The translations under genes were made by a program, and so were the position numbers. Of a stretch of DNA of 64,000 bases, positions 47,190 through 57,470 are shown piece after piece (position 1 is the stretch's first letter; every line of letters starts with the position of its first letter). The DNA comes from Runella sp. Its GTDB lineage: Bacteria > Bacteroidota > Bacteroidia > Cytophagales > Spirosomataceae. The stretch lies in NCBI RefSeq assembly GCF_965279615.1, contig NZ_OZ257252.1:7956641-8020640 (forward strand). Direction: 5' to 3'. The notes beneath the pieces were generated by a model. It ran no database searches. It saw only the letters and a list, made by a program, of their open reading frames with translations, and had not been told where the DNA came from.

Positions 47190-47233
47190 GCTCCGGCCCT
47201 GATTATTGAACAAAATTAATTAGGGGCCGGGGC
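47190..47233. terminator. Probable bidirectional terminator between convergent genes
   Basis: GCTCCGGCCC / GGGCCGGGGC GC-rich stem. Confidence 0.55.
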
Positions 47234-47291
47234 ACTTTGCCTAAGAAATACCTCAATCCTTCTGCTATTGTTTCAGCATTGAAACTTTTGT

Positions 47292-48023
47292 TTAAAGCTT
47301 CGAATTTTGCCACTCCGTGTTTTCGATCAGACGTACCAGTTTGCCGGAAGAAGAAATTTCCTTGATAGCTTCCAAGTGTCGATTATGATGCATATCGCTC
47401 CCCAAAAACGAGGCGTGTTTTTGTTGGATCAACTGTTGTCCAATGGCTTGGGTATGTTTTCCATAATACCCGGTCAGAGAAAGCAAATTGACCTGTAGCA
47501 GACAGCCAAGCGACTTGATGCGTTCAAAATCGCTCATGGACAAGTAGTTATAGCGCTCAGGGTGCGCCAGAATGGGAATGAATCCCTGGGCTTGAATTTT
47601 AAAGATCGTATTTTCGTAATTAAGCGTCGGGGCTACGTACGACATTTCGATGAGTATGTATCGATTGGCAATGGGAATCAGTTGGTCATTTTCCAAAAGT
47701 GTATCAAAGCCATCGTCCAACATGTATTCGGCCGATGCTTCCAACTTTATTGTCAGCCCTGCCGCAACCGCTTCTTCATTTACTTTGGCGGCAAGCGCCT
47801 TTATGTCGGCCGCTTTGTTGGGATATAATTCCCGCATGACGTGCGGCGTAGTAATTACTTTTTGATACCCAATTTCCTGCAATTGCGTGAGATATTCCAT
47901 CGTCGTAGGCATATCGGGGCTTCCATCGTCGATTCCGGGCAATAAATGGGAATGCATATCAGTTGCCAACCATTTAAAAATTCGATGCGTTTTTCCGGAA
48001 AATAAACGTTGAAATAAAGACAT
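47292..48023 (-). CDS. CpsB/CapC family protein-tyrosine phosphatase (PHP fold)
   Basis: DMHSHLLPGIDDG, ITTPH, LAHPERY, GSDMHH. Confidence 0.92.
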   Translation of the reverse strand: MSLFQRLFSGKTHRIFKWLATDMHSHLLPGIDDGSPDMPTTMEYLTQLQEIGYQKVITTPHVMRELYPNKAADIKALAAKVNEEAVAAGLTIKLEASAEYMLDDGFDTLLENDQLIPIANRYILIEMSYVAPTLNYENTIFKIQAQGFIPILAHPERYNYLSMSDFERIKSLGCLLQVNLLSLTGYYGKHTQAIGQQLIQQKHASFLGSDMHHNRHLEAIKEISSSGKLVRLIENTEWQNSKL

Positions 48024-48156
48024 AAGTTAGAAGGAATTGTATTTGTCAGGTAAAAAATGGCAGTCTTTGAATATTCTGATAACCAAGTGTATGACAAAGA
48101 AAACGAAAGGATGAAATTACAACAATCTTACGAAACTTCGGGCACTTGTATAATAA

Positions 48157-48609
48157 TTATACCTTATTTTTAGAGTCGATGATAATCGTTACCGGTCCAT
48201 CGTTGAGCAGAGAGACTTTCATATCGGCACCAAATTCGCCCGTTTGAATGGGTTGCCCCAATTCCGCCGAAAGTCGTTGGATCATTTGCTCATACAAAGG
48301 AATGGCTACCTCGGGGCGAGCTGCTTCGATAAACGACGGACGATTGCCCTTTTTTGTATTTGCATAAAGTGTAAACTGACTGATAAGCAAGATATTCCCT
48401 TCTACTGATTTAAGGTCAAGGTTCATTTTTCCATCGGCGTCGGAGAAGACCCGCAGCCCGATGATCTTCTTAGCCAGCCATTCCAAATCTTCGTTGGTAT
48501 CGGTATGAGTGACACCTAAAAGCACTAAAAAACCCTGTTGAATCTGCCCCTTTACGTGACCTTCAATGGTAACGGAAGCCTCGCTTACGCGTTGTATTAC
48601 TGCAATCAT
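48157..48609 (-). CDS. dtd: D-aminoacyl-tRNA deacylase
   Basis: [28 protein letters not shown]. Confidence 0.95.
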   Translation of the reverse strand: MIAVIQRVSEASVTIEGHVKGQIQQGFLVLLGVTHTDTNEDLEWLAKKIIGLRVFSDADGKMNLDLKSVEGNILLISQFTLYANTKKGNRPSFIEAARPEVAIPLYEQMIQRLSAELGQPIQTGEFGADMKVSLLNDGPVTIIIDSKNKV

Positions 48610-48773
48610 TACGGATAAAATTGTGGACTGCAAAGTAAAGGCTAAAATCGTATTATAAGAATGAATTTTTGGGATAGGTCGCTGAAAAATAAAGCTCAAC
48701 GCCCGATATGGATTGAGAACGCCGGAGTTCACAAAATAGCTGTATTTTGCGAGCTTAACGGAAAACTCATCGT

Positions 48774-50072
48774 GTGAAGACTTTAGTTGCTTTTTTTCTC
48801 TCTTTTTTGGGCGGTTTTGCCCATTCACAAACATTTACCGGCAAAGGTGGAAACCTGAATGATTATGCCGGAATATATGCTCGGCAAAGTTTTAAATTGA
48901 CTATCATCGGATTGCCAACGAAGGTTGACAGTACCTTTGGTTTGGAAGCTGTACTGCTCACCTTGCACCACGAAAGAGTAAGCGACCTGAAAATTACCCT
49001 TGAAGCCCCCGACGGCACAAGTATTTGGTTGACCAATCGCAATGGAAAAGAGGCGGGTAAACATTATATACAGACTCGCTTCTCTCAATTTGGGAAAAAT
49101 GGCCGGATCAGTGACGGAAAAGCTCCTTTTACGGGCGATTTTGTTCCTGATGGTCGTTTGGATTTTATCAACAACGGGCAAAATCCCAATGGCGTTTGGA
49201 CTGTATTGGTCGAAGATCTGAAAAAAGACATTGTGGGAAGGCTTGATTCTGTGCAATTGATTTTCAGTAACAAACCGGCGTCAATTAAAAATAATGCAAC
49301 ATGTCGTTGCCCAAACGGTGAAGCAAACTGTGAATTACTGCCCGACATGGTCATTGTACCGCTGTTTACGCAGAATCAGATTCAGGAATATCCCTGGAAC
49401 CACAAAGTATATCCGGGACAATTACGATTTGCGGCCTCTATTGCCAATATCGGCGTAGGACCATTGGAAATAGTAGGAACCAACGAATGGATATGCGGTG
49501 ACCAAAAAGTGGATACTTGTTTGGTCTGCCCCGATGGCAGCATGAGCAGGTTAAAGATCAAGCAAAGAATTTATTCGAAAAATGACGAAGAAATTGTGAG
49601 CAGAGACCTGTCGGCAGGAACGATGTACATCGAAAACCTGCCGGGCCACAATCACTATCATGTAGACAATTGGGTGGAATTCAGGTTGTTAAAAAAAGAG
49701 GGTACTAAAAGTAGTATAGTGGCAAAAGGTAAAAAGGTGAGTTATTGCCTGTATACGACGGGTAGCTGTTATAATAAAGATGGATTGTGCGCCATTGACG
49801 GTAAAAATTATGGTGAGACGATGCTCAATTTTGGAATGGGCAATTATGCCACCTGTGACTATGATAAACAGGGCATCAGCGTTGGCGGCTTTGATACCTA
49901 TGGAATGCTCTATGAAGGGCAATTCATTACGCTCCCTAAAAACTTAAAAACGGGCGATTATTTTTTGGAAATAGAAGTAGACCCCAACCACACGTATTTG
50001 GAAAGCAACCGCAGCAATAACGTTTTTCAAATGAAATTCAGAATTGAAAAGCAGGAGCGGAAAGAAGGATAA
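48774..50072 (+). CDS. Secreted proprotein-convertase P-domain + lysyl oxidase-like protein
   Basis: GTG start, signal peptide; P-domain ([10 protein letters not shown]...G.WTV.VED); LOX motifs LPD, LRF...N.G, HNHYH, KVSYCL, QGISVG..DTY, G.Y.LEIEVDP...E....NN. Confidence 0.8.
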   Translation: MKTLVAFFLSFLGGFAHSQTFTGKGGNLNDYAGIYARQSFKLTIIGLPTKVDSTFGLEAVLLTLHHERVSDLKITLEAPDGTSIWLTNRNGKEAGKHYIQTRFSQFGKNGRISDGKAPFTGDFVPDGRLDFINNGQNPNGVWTVLVEDLKKDIVGRLDSVQLIFSNKPASIKNNATCRCPNGEANCELLPDMVIVPLFTQNQIQEYPWNHKVYPGQLRFAASIANIGVGPLEIVGTNEWICGDQKVDTCLVCPDGSMSRLKIKQRIYSKNDEEIVSRDLSAGTMYIENLPGHNHYHVDNWVEFRLLKKEGTKSSIVAKGKKVSYCLYTTGSCYNKDGLCAIDGKNYGETMLNFGMGNYATCDYDKQGISVGGFDTYGMLYEGQFITLPKNLKTGDYFLEIEVDPNHTYLESNRSNNVFQMKFRIEKQERKEG

Positions 50073-50079
50073 CGACCCA

Positions 50080-50763
50080 TTATTTTTTATACTTCAGCAT
50101 CCATTGATAAATGTCGTATTTATCCTGTTTTTCGTACAGCCACTGAATACCGTGACCGTCATTTTCCAGTTGGGTGTAGGTAATAGTGGCGTTGCATTTT
50201 TGCAATGTCCTGACTTTTTCATCCGTTTCTGAGATCGGCACTACCTCGTCGGCCGTGCCGTGGAAGGTCCAGATGGGAGTATTTTTTAACCGGCAAATAC
50301 GGGAGGTATTGCTCTGCCACGCACACAGCGGAACCAATGCCGCAAAGGTATCGGGGTGATCTTTAGCCACTTCAAATACCCCGCCACCGCCCATACTGAT
50401 GCCCGTCAGATACACGCGTGAAGGGTCAATGCGGTACTTCGTTTTCAGTTCAGCGTATAGGGGTTCAAACCAATTATCGGTGTACCATAATTTACCGTTC
50501 GGGCATTGGGGCGAGACGATAATAAACTCAAACTCCCGCCCTTTGTCAATGACATAAGGTAGGCCGTAACTTTTCAGTTTGTTCAGATCCGTTCCCCGAT
50601 GCGAGCTGCCGTGGAGGTAGATTATGACCGGGTAGTTTTTGGTGGTTGAAGCGTAATCTTTGGGTAAATACAACAAATAGGGGTAGTTGGCTTTGGGTTT
50701 GGATTGGGAAAATGTGCAGAACACCGGCAATAAGCAAAGTAATAACAAAATTGATAGTTTCAT
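50080..50763 (-). CDS. Secreted alpha/beta hydrolase (predicted esterase/peptidase)
   Basis: YLHG, GISMGG nucleophile, FHGTAD, DGH. Confidence 0.88.
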   Translation of the reverse strand: MKLSILLLLCLLPVFCTFSQSKPKANYPYLLYLPKDYASTTKNYPVIIYLHGSSHRGTDLNKLKSYGLPYVIDKGREFEFIIVSPQCPNGKLWYTDNWFEPLYAELKTKYRIDPSRVYLTGISMGGGGVFEVAKDHPDTFAALVPLCAWQSNTSRICRLKNTPIWTFHGTADEVVPISETDEKVRTLQKCNATITYTQLENDGHGIQWLYEKQDKYDIYQWMLKYKK

Positions 50764-50788
50764 ACGGTATTGATGCTTCTTTCGGGAG

Positions 50789-51910
50789 TTAAAATGATTG
50801 TGCCCTGTTTGAAGAAAAATTGAATACTTTACCTGATTTACTTACTACACAAGGAAAATTAACTACTGCATCTTCAGTTGGAAACTCCCAATATTTAGTG
50901 CCATATAAAGCACTAAAGGCATAAAGTTTTTTATCGTTGCTTCCAAAATAAACTATGCCGTTAGCAACTACACATCCTCCTATTTCACCATTTGTTTCAA
51001 ATTCCCATTGGATTGTGCCGGTTTGGCTGTTCAATGCATAAAACCTGTGGTCTTTGTTATTTATTCTATCAATACTGCTGAAATACACTAAATCATTCGC
51101 TACCGTTGGCGTTCCCACAGAACCTGAGGTTTCAAATTGCCATTTCAGTAAACCCGTTTTAGCGTCTAATGCATATATTTTTTTTGTATCAGTACCAAAA
51201 TATAAAATCCCGTTTGCTAATGTGGGAGAGCCGGGTTCAGCATTTCCGATTGAAAACTCCCACCGTTTGTCTCCACTTTCCGCATCCAGCGCGATGACTT
51301 TTTTTGTACCGCTCCCAAAATAAACAACTCCATTCCCAACGACCGGAGAAGTATGAGTGCCCAGTTCATTGATAGTTGTAACATACTGCCATTTTTTTTC
51401 TCCTGTTGTGGCATTAAACGCAAATAAAGAACGATCCATACAAACATATAAAGTTCCATTGACGACGATAGGCGTAGAACTGCCTGCTGCCTGCCCTATA
51501 GAATAAGACCAGATTTCTTTTCCGGTTTTGGCATCTAAAGCTGTAATGCCTGTTGCTATAAATATGAATCCTGCCGCCGTATACACTACATTTTTCTGAA
51601 CCAATGGAGGAACACCTGATGAACCAATGGCTCGGGATGAATACTCCCATTTTTGTTCACCCGTTTTAGTACTTAAAGCAATACATTTCTGAGAAGTTTG
51701 CGTAAATAACAGATCATCTTCTACACTGACCGATGAAAAGGTGGCATTTTTGCTTTCTGTAACCCACCGTTGCGTTCCGGTTTGGGCATCAATTGCATAA
51801 ATTTTCTCTCCGCTTCCTAAATAGATAACATCATTAGTATCGCCGGGAATGTTGATAGGTTTAGAACAGGAAGAAATAATGATGATAATAAATAAGAGAT
51901 ACTTTCTCAT
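50789..51910 (-). CDS. PQQ-like (BamB-type) beta-propeller lipoprotein
   Basis: Lipobox ISSC; about 8 repeats of VYFGS....YALDA.TG..KW.F. Confidence 0.88.
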   Translation of the reverse strand: MRKYLLFIIIIISSCSKPINIPGDTNDVIYLGSGEKIYAIDAQTGTQRWVTESKNATFSSVSVEDDLLFTQTSQKCIALSTKTGEQKWEYSSRAIGSSGVPPLVQKNVVYTAAGFIFIATGITALDAKTGKEIWSYSIGQAAGSSTPIVVNGTLYVCMDRSLFAFNATTGEKKWQYVTTINELGTHTSPVVGNGVVYFGSGTKKVIALDAESGDKRWEFSIGNAEPGSPTLANGILYFGTDTKKIYALDAKTGLLKWQFETSGSVGTPTVANDLVYFSSIDRINNKDHRFYALNSQTGTIQWEFETNGEIGGCVVANGIVYFGSNDKKLYAFSALYGTKYWEFPTEDAVVNFPCVVSKSGKVFNFSSNRAQSF

Positions 51911-52002
51911 AATCGTTGGCTGATAGGATATTCTTTGTCAAGTTACCAAGAAAAGGAAAACCGGGTATTTGGTGTCAAAAGAAAGTTATCAAAAGGTCAA
52001 AG

Positions 52003-52032
52003 AAAAAAGCCGAGCTACAAAAGTAGCCCGGC
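52003..52032 (-). terminator. Intrinsic terminator after kbl
   Basis: GCCGAGCTAC-aaaa-GTAGCCCGGC with an A-run on + (U-run on -). Confidence 0.7.
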
Positions 52033-52062
52033 GTCGTCATGGTTAAGAAAACGGGAAAGGAA

Positions 52063-53274
52063 TTAATTTTCTATGGTTTCGGCTGCGGGAATAACACCCA
52101 ACTTTTGCCCAACTTTTGTAAAAGCAGCTACCGCTTGTTGAAGGTGCTCCGGCTCGTGTCCGGCCGAGATCTGCACCCGAATGCGTGCTTTGCCTTTGGG
52201 AACAACAGGATAGAAGAACCCGATCACATAAATGCCTTCTTCCAACAATTGCTTGGCAAATTCCTGTGCCAATGGCGCATCGTAAAGCATAATAGGCACA
52301 ATGGGATGTTCGCCCGGCAAAATGTCAAATCCGGCAGCGGTCATGGCTTCGCGGAAATAGCGCGTGTTTGTTTCGAGTTTATCGCGCAAAGCGGTAGAAT
52401 TACGCAGTAATTCCAATACTTTGAGCGAAGCGCCTACAATGGAAGGAGCTAAAGTATTGGAAAACAAGTAAGGGCGCGAACGTTGGCGGAGCATTTCCAC
52501 GATCTCTTTGCGCGCCGCCGTAAACCCACCCGACGCCCCGCCGAGGGCTTTTCCGTACGTGCCGGTAATGATGTCGATGCGTCCCAAAACGTTTTTGTGC
52601 TCGGGCGTTCCGCGACCGGTTTTGCCCATAAAACCGCTGGCGTGGCATTCGTCGACCATCACCATCGCGCCGTATTGGTCAGCCAGATCACAGATCTTAT
52701 CCAATTGGGCAATGGTGCCGTCCATTGAAAATACACCGTCGGTCACGATCAACTTACGACGGCACGAAGCGGCAGCCTGAAGTTGGGCTTCCAAATCGGC
52801 CATGTCGTTGTTTTTGTAGCGAAAACGTTTGGCTTTGCACAAACGAATGCCGTCGATGATGGAGGCGTGGTTAAGCTCGTCGGAAATAATGGCATCTTCT
52901 TCGCCCAATAAAGGCTCAAATACCCCACCGTTGGCGTCGAAAGCGGCGGCGTACAAAATACAGTCTTCGGCACCGACAAACTCGGCCGTTTGACGTTCCA
53001 ATTCTTTGTGAATATCCTGCGTTCCGCAAATAAACCGCACCGACGACATGCCGTAACCGTGCGTTTCAAGGGCTTCGTGCGCGGCTTTGACCACTTCAGG
53101 GTGCGACGAAAGTCCTAAGTAATTATTGGCGCAAAAATTCAACACCTCGCGCCCATCCTGCACGGCAATTACCGACGATTGGGGAGAGACAATGATGCGT
53201 TCAGATTTGTATAAGCCGGCTTCTTTGATAGCAGCCAGTTCTTTTTGAAGTTCTTCTTTGACAGTTCCGTACAT
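52063..53274 (-). CDS. kbl: Glycine C-acetyltransferase (2-amino-3-ketobutyrate CoA ligase)
   Basis: [43 protein letters not shown]. Confidence 0.96.
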   Translation of the reverse strand: MYGTVKEELQKELAAIKEAGLYKSERIIVSPQSSVIAVQDGREVLNFCANNYLGLSSHPEVVKAAHEALETHGYGMSSVRFICGTQDIHKELERQTAEFVGAEDCILYAAAFDANGGVFEPLLGEEDAIISDELNHASIIDGIRLCKAKRFRYKNNDMADLEAQLQAAASCRRKLIVTDGVFSMDGTIAQLDKICDLADQYGAMVMVDECHASGFMGKTGRGTPEHKNVLGRIDIITGTYGKALGGASGGFTAARKEIVEMLRQRSRPYLFSNTLAPSIVGASLKVLELLRNSTALRDKLETNTRYFREAMTAAGFDILPGEHPIVPIMLYDAPLAQEFAKQLLEEGIYVIGFFYPVVPKGKARIRVQISAGHEPEHLQQAVAAFTKVGQKLGVIPAAETIEN

Positions 53275-53278
53275 GGTT

Positions 53279-54232
53279 TCAGATGGTTACGTGGTACAGT
53301 TCGGTGAGGTGTGAGATCATTTCAGCCGTCATTTTGGGGAGATCAAATGCCGGTTTCCAGCCCCATTCTTTTCGCGCGACCGAATCATCAATGCTTTTGG
53401 GCCATGAATCGGCGATGGCTTGTCGAAAATCAGGCGTATATGTTACGTTAAAATCAGGATAATAGCGCCGAATAGAAGTCGCCAGTTCGGCAGGTGTAAA
53501 GCTCATTCCTGCCAGATTGTAAGAGGTACGTACGGTAATATTTTCGGCGGGGGCTTCCATTAATTCAAGCGTGGCGCGGAGGGCATCGTCCATGTAGATC
53601 ATGGGCAAAAGCGTATCGGCGGACAAAAAACAATCGAAATCATGGCCTTGGACAGCCTCGTGGTAAATAGCTACGGCGTAGTCGGTGGTACCGCCGCCGG
53701 GCATGGATTGGTAACTTATAACGCCCGGATAACGCAAAGAGCGAACATCCAACCCGTAGCGTTTGTGGTAATAGACCGACCAGTTTTCAGCGGCTACTTT
53801 GCTGATGCCATAGACCGTAGCGGGATCTAAGACGGAAGATTGGGGTGTTTCGTATTTAGGGGCGTGTTCGCCGAAAGCGGCAATGGAACTTGGGACAAAA
53901 ACCTTGCTGAGGTTACACGTTCGGGCTACTTCCAACACATTGAGCAACGTTTGCATGTTGAGATTCCATGCCCACAGCGGGTCGGCTTCTCCCTTGGCCG
54001 AAAGTATGGCGGCTAAGTGATATATCTGGGTAACACGGTGACGTTGAACGATTTCAGCCAACGCAGAGGCATTGGTCGCATCGACTATCTCAAAAATAGC
54101 TTCCTCGTTTCCCGTTCGACGTACGTCGGTGGCAATGACATTCCCAAATCCGTACATGCTTTGCAGGCGTGGTAAAAGTGCCGTGCCGATCTGCCCGTTG
54201 GCACCGATCACTAAAATGGTTTCGTGCTTCAT
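53279..54232 (-). CDS. SDR-type L-threonine 3-dehydrogenase (NAD-dependent epimerase family)
   Basis: [32 protein letters not shown]; directly upstream of kbl. Confidence 0.88.
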   Translation of the reverse strand: MKHETILVIGANGQIGTALLPRLQSMYGFGNVIATDVRRTGNEEAIFEIVDATNASALAEIVQRHRVTQIYHLAAILSAKGEADPLWAWNLNMQTLLNVLEVARTCNLSKVFVPSSIAAFGEHAPKYETPQSSVLDPATVYGISKVAAENWSVYYHKRYGLDVRSLRYPGVISYQSMPGGGTTDYAVAIYHEAVQGHDFDCFLSADTLLPMIYMDDALRATLELMEAPAENITVRTSYNLAGMSFTPAELATSIRRYYPDFNVTYTPDFRQAIADSWPKSIDDSVARKEWGWKPAFDLPKMTAEMISHLTELYHVTI

Positions 54233-54289
54233 GGTCAATGGTGTTGAGTAACTGATTTTGGGTAAAGGAATGAAGTGTAATTCGCTGCA

Positions 54290-54297
54290 CAAAAGTA
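54290..54297 (-). promoter_or_regulatory. Bacteroidota -7 element for tdh-kbl
   Basis: TACTTTTG on the minus strand. Confidence 0.5.
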
Positions 54298-54425
54298 AAT
54301 AAGCCGTTAGAATTAGTAAAATAATGCCATAAAATCAGTTAATTTTGTGGTTATAATACAATAATGAAGTTAATTTTATTGAATGGTATTAAAAGAAGAT
54401 AGGATAGAAAGAAAAATTTTCGGCA

Positions 54426-54890
54426 ATGGAACAACTCGACGACATTGATAAAAAACTGCTGCGCCTTTTACAGGCCGACGCCAAGCTCACCACCAAAGAA
54501 TTGGCCGCCACACTGGGCCTGACGCTGTCGCCTGTCTATGAGCGAATTAAGCGATTGGAAAACCTCGGTTTTATCAAACAATACGTAGCGATTCTGGACA
54601 AAGAATTGTTAGGCCAACCCATCACGATCTTTTGTCAGGTATCGATGCGCTACCACGACAAAGCATTCATTGAAAGTTTTGAAAAGGAAATTCAGAAGTT
54701 GGAAGAAGTACAGGAATGCTACCACATGGCGGGACAAGTGGATTTTTTGTTGAAGATAAATATGGGAAGTTTGGACGAATACCACGGTTTTGTACGTAAC
54801 AAACTCTCGAAGATCGAAAATATAGGTACCCTCAACAGTACTTTTTCATTGAAAGTAATTAAGCAAAGTTTGGGGTATCGAGTAGGATAG
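54426..54890 (+). CDS. Lrp/AsnC family transcriptional regulator
   Basis: LDDIDKKLLRLLQ.DA HTH, ECYHMAGQVDFLLK; divergent from tdh-kbl. Confidence 0.95.
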   Translation: MEQLDDIDKKLLRLLQADAKLTTKELAATLGLTLSPVYERIKRLENLGFIKQYVAILDKELLGQPITIFCQVSMRYHDKAFIESFEKEIQKLEEVQECYHMAGQVDFLLKINMGSLDEYHGFVRNKLSKIENIGTLNSTFSLKVIKQSLGYRVG

Positions 54891-54902
54891 AAAGGGGGAG
54901 GG

Positions 54903-54946
54903 TATGGTCAGGTTATAGTCACGAAATGGTCATAATGTGGTCGTCT
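54903..54946. repeat. Four degenerate 11-bp tandem units (core TGGTCA)
   Basis: tatggtcaggt tatagtcacga aatggtcataa tgtggtcgtct. Confidence 0.5.
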
Positions 54947-54950
54947 AACT

Positions 54951-55023
54951 GCCTCGGAGAGGCTTAACCTTTGTAGAAATGGTTTATAGCTGAGGTATTT
55001 AGGCTTCGGAGAAGCCTAACCTT
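54951..55023. repeat. Two REP-like GGA-loop hairpins, each followed by TAACCTT
   Basis: GCCTC-GGA-GAGGC (54951-54963) and TAGGCTTC-GGA-GAAGCCTA (55000-55018). Confidence 0.6.
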
Positions 55024-55063
55024 GATGCCTTTATTATTGTTTTTTTACGAACAAACTTTGCTT

Positions 55064-55846
55064 TCAATTGTTCAAAAATGCCATTATATATTTCCTGATT
55101 TCCTGCCGTTGTGCTTCGTTTGCACTGTCGTCCATGTTGTTGTGAATGGTGTTTGGGAGTTTTATGATGGCTATTCCAAACTTTTTCATCTCTTCGTCAG
55201 TTGGTAAAACGCCTTCGTCAGCCGCTTGATCGCTTGAACGTAAAGAATACACTTTCGGCTTTTTTGCCTTTGGCAGCGCCATTCTTCGGTTGTCCAATGT
55301 GATGATTTTATCGACGATATCCGGATATTTTTGCGGAAATAAAGCCGTCATGTCGCCGCCGTTAGAATGGCCGATGAGCGTAATGTGTTTGAAGTCCAAT
55401 TCAGGATTTGTTCTTTTCAAATCGTTAATGACAAACAAAATGTTATCCGCGCCGCGATCCCAGAAGGGACGTCGTACCACTTGCGGAATGCCGGTCAATG
55501 GCAGTAGTCCGTCCGTTGAAAGCTCATGCTGAATGCTTGCGACAAAGTAACCTTTTGAGGCCAAATAGTCGGTCAAATACGAGTATGCCACATTGTCTCC
55601 GCCTTTGTTTTGACCATAGCCGTGACTGAAAATGACAACTTTCGTCTTGGAAATTTTCTTAGCTGTTTTTGGTTTATAAATCGCCAACGGAATGCTGCGC
55701 CGGCGTGCCTGATCAAACAGGTTAAACGTATCTGACTTTGTTTCATAAGTTAGGTCATTCAACCTATTTTCAGTAGGTTTTTTAGTTGACAGACAGCTTG
55801 TTATCAGTAAGAAAAGCAGTGCTGATAAATAATTGTTTTTGTTCAT
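55064..55846 (-). CDS. Alpha/beta hydrolase lipoprotein
   Basis: Lipobox ITSC; FSHGYG, GHSNGG nucleophile. Confidence 0.85.
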   Translation of the reverse strand: MNKNNYLSALLFLLITSCLSTKKPTENRLNDLTYETKSDTFNLFDQARRRSIPLAIYKPKTAKKISKTKVVIFSHGYGQNKGGDNVAYSYLTDYLASKGYFVASIQHELSTDGLLPLTGIPQVVRRPFWDRGADNILFVINDLKRTNPELDFKHITLIGHSNGGDMTALFPQKYPDIVDKIITLDNRRMALPKAKKPKVYSLRSSDQAADEGVLPTDEEMKKFGIAIIKLPNTIHNNMDDSANEAQRQEIRKYIMAFLNN

Positions 55847-55866
55847 TTTAAGTTACAGAGCCTTAC

Positions 55867-56289
55867 CTATGATCTTTTTTGGTGTAGAGTTTCAAGATAA
55901 TGTACATTGGTCATGATGCCCAAAATATTGCCGAAAGGGTCAACCACCGATGCCGTCACAAAACTTCCCTTCCCGCCGCTATGGTCAGTAATGGCTTGAT
56001 AAAGTGTTGCTCCCAAGGAAATCAGTCGATCAAGGGTCGTTTGTAAATTATCAACGTGCCAATAAGCGATGGCACCGGCAGGGCCTTTGCCGGCGTCTGC
56101 GGGGGCAAAAGCACTGTCAATGATACCCAATTCATGCTGAAAATCGCCAATCCGAAACTCGGCATAACCGGGCATATTGAAGTAAGGTTCAATGCCTAAG
56201 AATTCGGTGTACCATTTTTTTGCGGCCTGATGGTCAGTGGCATAAAAGCTGATAGTTGCCAGACCCCGTAATACGTGTGATTGTGCCAT
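55867..56289 (-). CDS. VOC/glyoxalase family protein
   Basis: AAKKWY...LG..PY, YWHVD, DPFGN.LG. Confidence 0.88.
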   Translation of the reverse strand: MAQSHVLRGLATISFYATDHQAAKKWYTEFLGIEPYFNMPGYAEFRIGDFQHELGIIDSAFAPADAGKGPAGAIAYWHVDNLQTTLDRLISLGATLYQAITDHSGGKGSFVTASVVDPFGNILGIMTNVHYLETLHQKRS

Positions 56290-56326
56290 TTTGATGCTTT
56301 GTTAAGTGATTGATTTCTAACCTTCA

Positions 56327-56361
56327 CAAAGGTAAAACAGCACTATGACAGCCCTATGTCA
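56327..56361 (-). promoter_or_regulatory. -7 element plus upstream palindromic operator TGACA-N6-TGTCA for the VOC gene
   Basis: TACCTTTG on minus (56327-56334); TGACAGCCCTATGTCA at 56346-56361. Confidence 0.6.
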
Positions 56362-56415
56362 GGGGTGAATTTGTTTTTTCAGGAATTTCAAAATACTCCT
56401 GTAAAAGGCGATATT

Positions 56416-56688
56416 TTATAGCTCAGTTTTCGACTCCGACGTTGGCTCTTCTCTTTCTACCGTAATGGCACATTCACCGATCAAAGCAGCTACTGCTCCG
56501 ATTGCGGCGAGAACAGGCGCAAAAACTGCCCCTACTACTCCGAAAGTAAGGGGAAAGGTCATAAGTTCATGGCCGGACTTATCATGAATAATTATTTTTC
56601 TGATGTTGCCTTCCTCAATCAACTCTTCTACTTTTTTGAGGAGGTTTTCGCCATGAATAGTGAACGTTTCTTTGAATGTATTTTCCAT
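56416..56688 (-). CDS. DUF4342 domain protein
   Basis: LLKKVEELIEEGNIRKIII...PLT.GVVGAV.APVLAAIGA.AAL. Confidence 0.85.
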   Translation of the reverse strand: MENTFKETFTIHGENLLKKVEELIEEGNIRKIIIHDKSGHELMTFPLTFGVVGAVFAPVLAAIGAVAALIGECAITVEREEPTSESKTEL

Positions 56689-56893
56689 TTTCAGTAAGCT
56701 GTTAAGTGAGTTTTATAAGTTGATCACCGAGTATCGGTTATTTTTCAACATAAAGATAGGGCTAATCCCGACTGTAACGACAACATAAAAGTCAACGTTT
56801 AAAATGATTATTGTCGGTTTCTTTCTCTATTTTTTTACAGTTGATGCCTTTGTTGGTAGCGCTGACTTCAATATGAATGCTTATACTTTCACC

Positions 56894-56985
56894 TTGGTTT
56901 GTGTCTACACCTACTTACGATTACTATAGGCGTAAATTTTTGCTTTAAAAACTTAAAACTTTAGGTATATGGAGACACCGACCAA
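56894..56985. repeat. Degenerate inverted pair of REP-like elements (TTGGT[C/T][G/T]GTGTCT)
   Basis: TTGGTTTGTGTCTACACC at 56894; GGAGACACCGACCAA at 56971 (reverse complement TTGGTCGGTGTCTCC). Confidence 0.45.
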
Positions 56986-56995
56986 TAATTAGTTT

Positions 56996-57469
56996 TCAGT
57001 TTGGAATATAAGGGCCGCCGGTTTCGCCCCACCCCCATTTGGGCATTGGTTCATTGGTTTGCATGGGGTTTTCGGTCAATTGGGAATTAATGACGGCAAT
57101 GCGAGTGCCCCATTCCAGGTAGCCTACAAACGCGGAACGAAATTCGGGATCGTCCTTCAGCCCTACTTCATCGGCTGTTTGCAGCAGTAACTGAACCCAT
57201 CGTTGCCGTTTTTCTTCGGTCAGCATTTTTCCTATGTGCTTCCCCACCATTTTTGCGTGGCTTCCTCCGTCTTCGGTCGTGTAAAGCTTTTCTCCGCCAA
57301 AAACTTCGGCTACAAAATGAGCAACGTGTTGGATGTGGTCAGGCGACATATTTTTAAATACTTCTCCCAGCAGGTCGTCTTTCAAAACTTTGCCATAAAA
57401 TCGGGCAAACAATGTTTCAAAGGTTTGCCTGTCTCCCGCCCATTCGTACAATGTAGGTGTTTCTTTCAT
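56996..57469 (-). CDS. Group II truncated haemoglobin
   Basis: TLYEWAG, FYGKV..DDLL..VF, F.AEVFGG...Y, H..M...H, RQRWV; start moved to MKETPT. Confidence 0.88.
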   Translation of the reverse strand: MKETPTLYEWAGDRQTFETLFARFYGKVLKDDLLGEVFKNMSPDHIQHVAHFVAEVFGGEKLYTTEDGGSHAKMVGKHIGKMLTEEKRQRWVQLLLQTADEVGLKDDPEFRSAFVGYLEWGTRIAVINSQLTENPMQTNEPMPKWGWGETGGPYIPN

Positions 57470-57470
57470 T

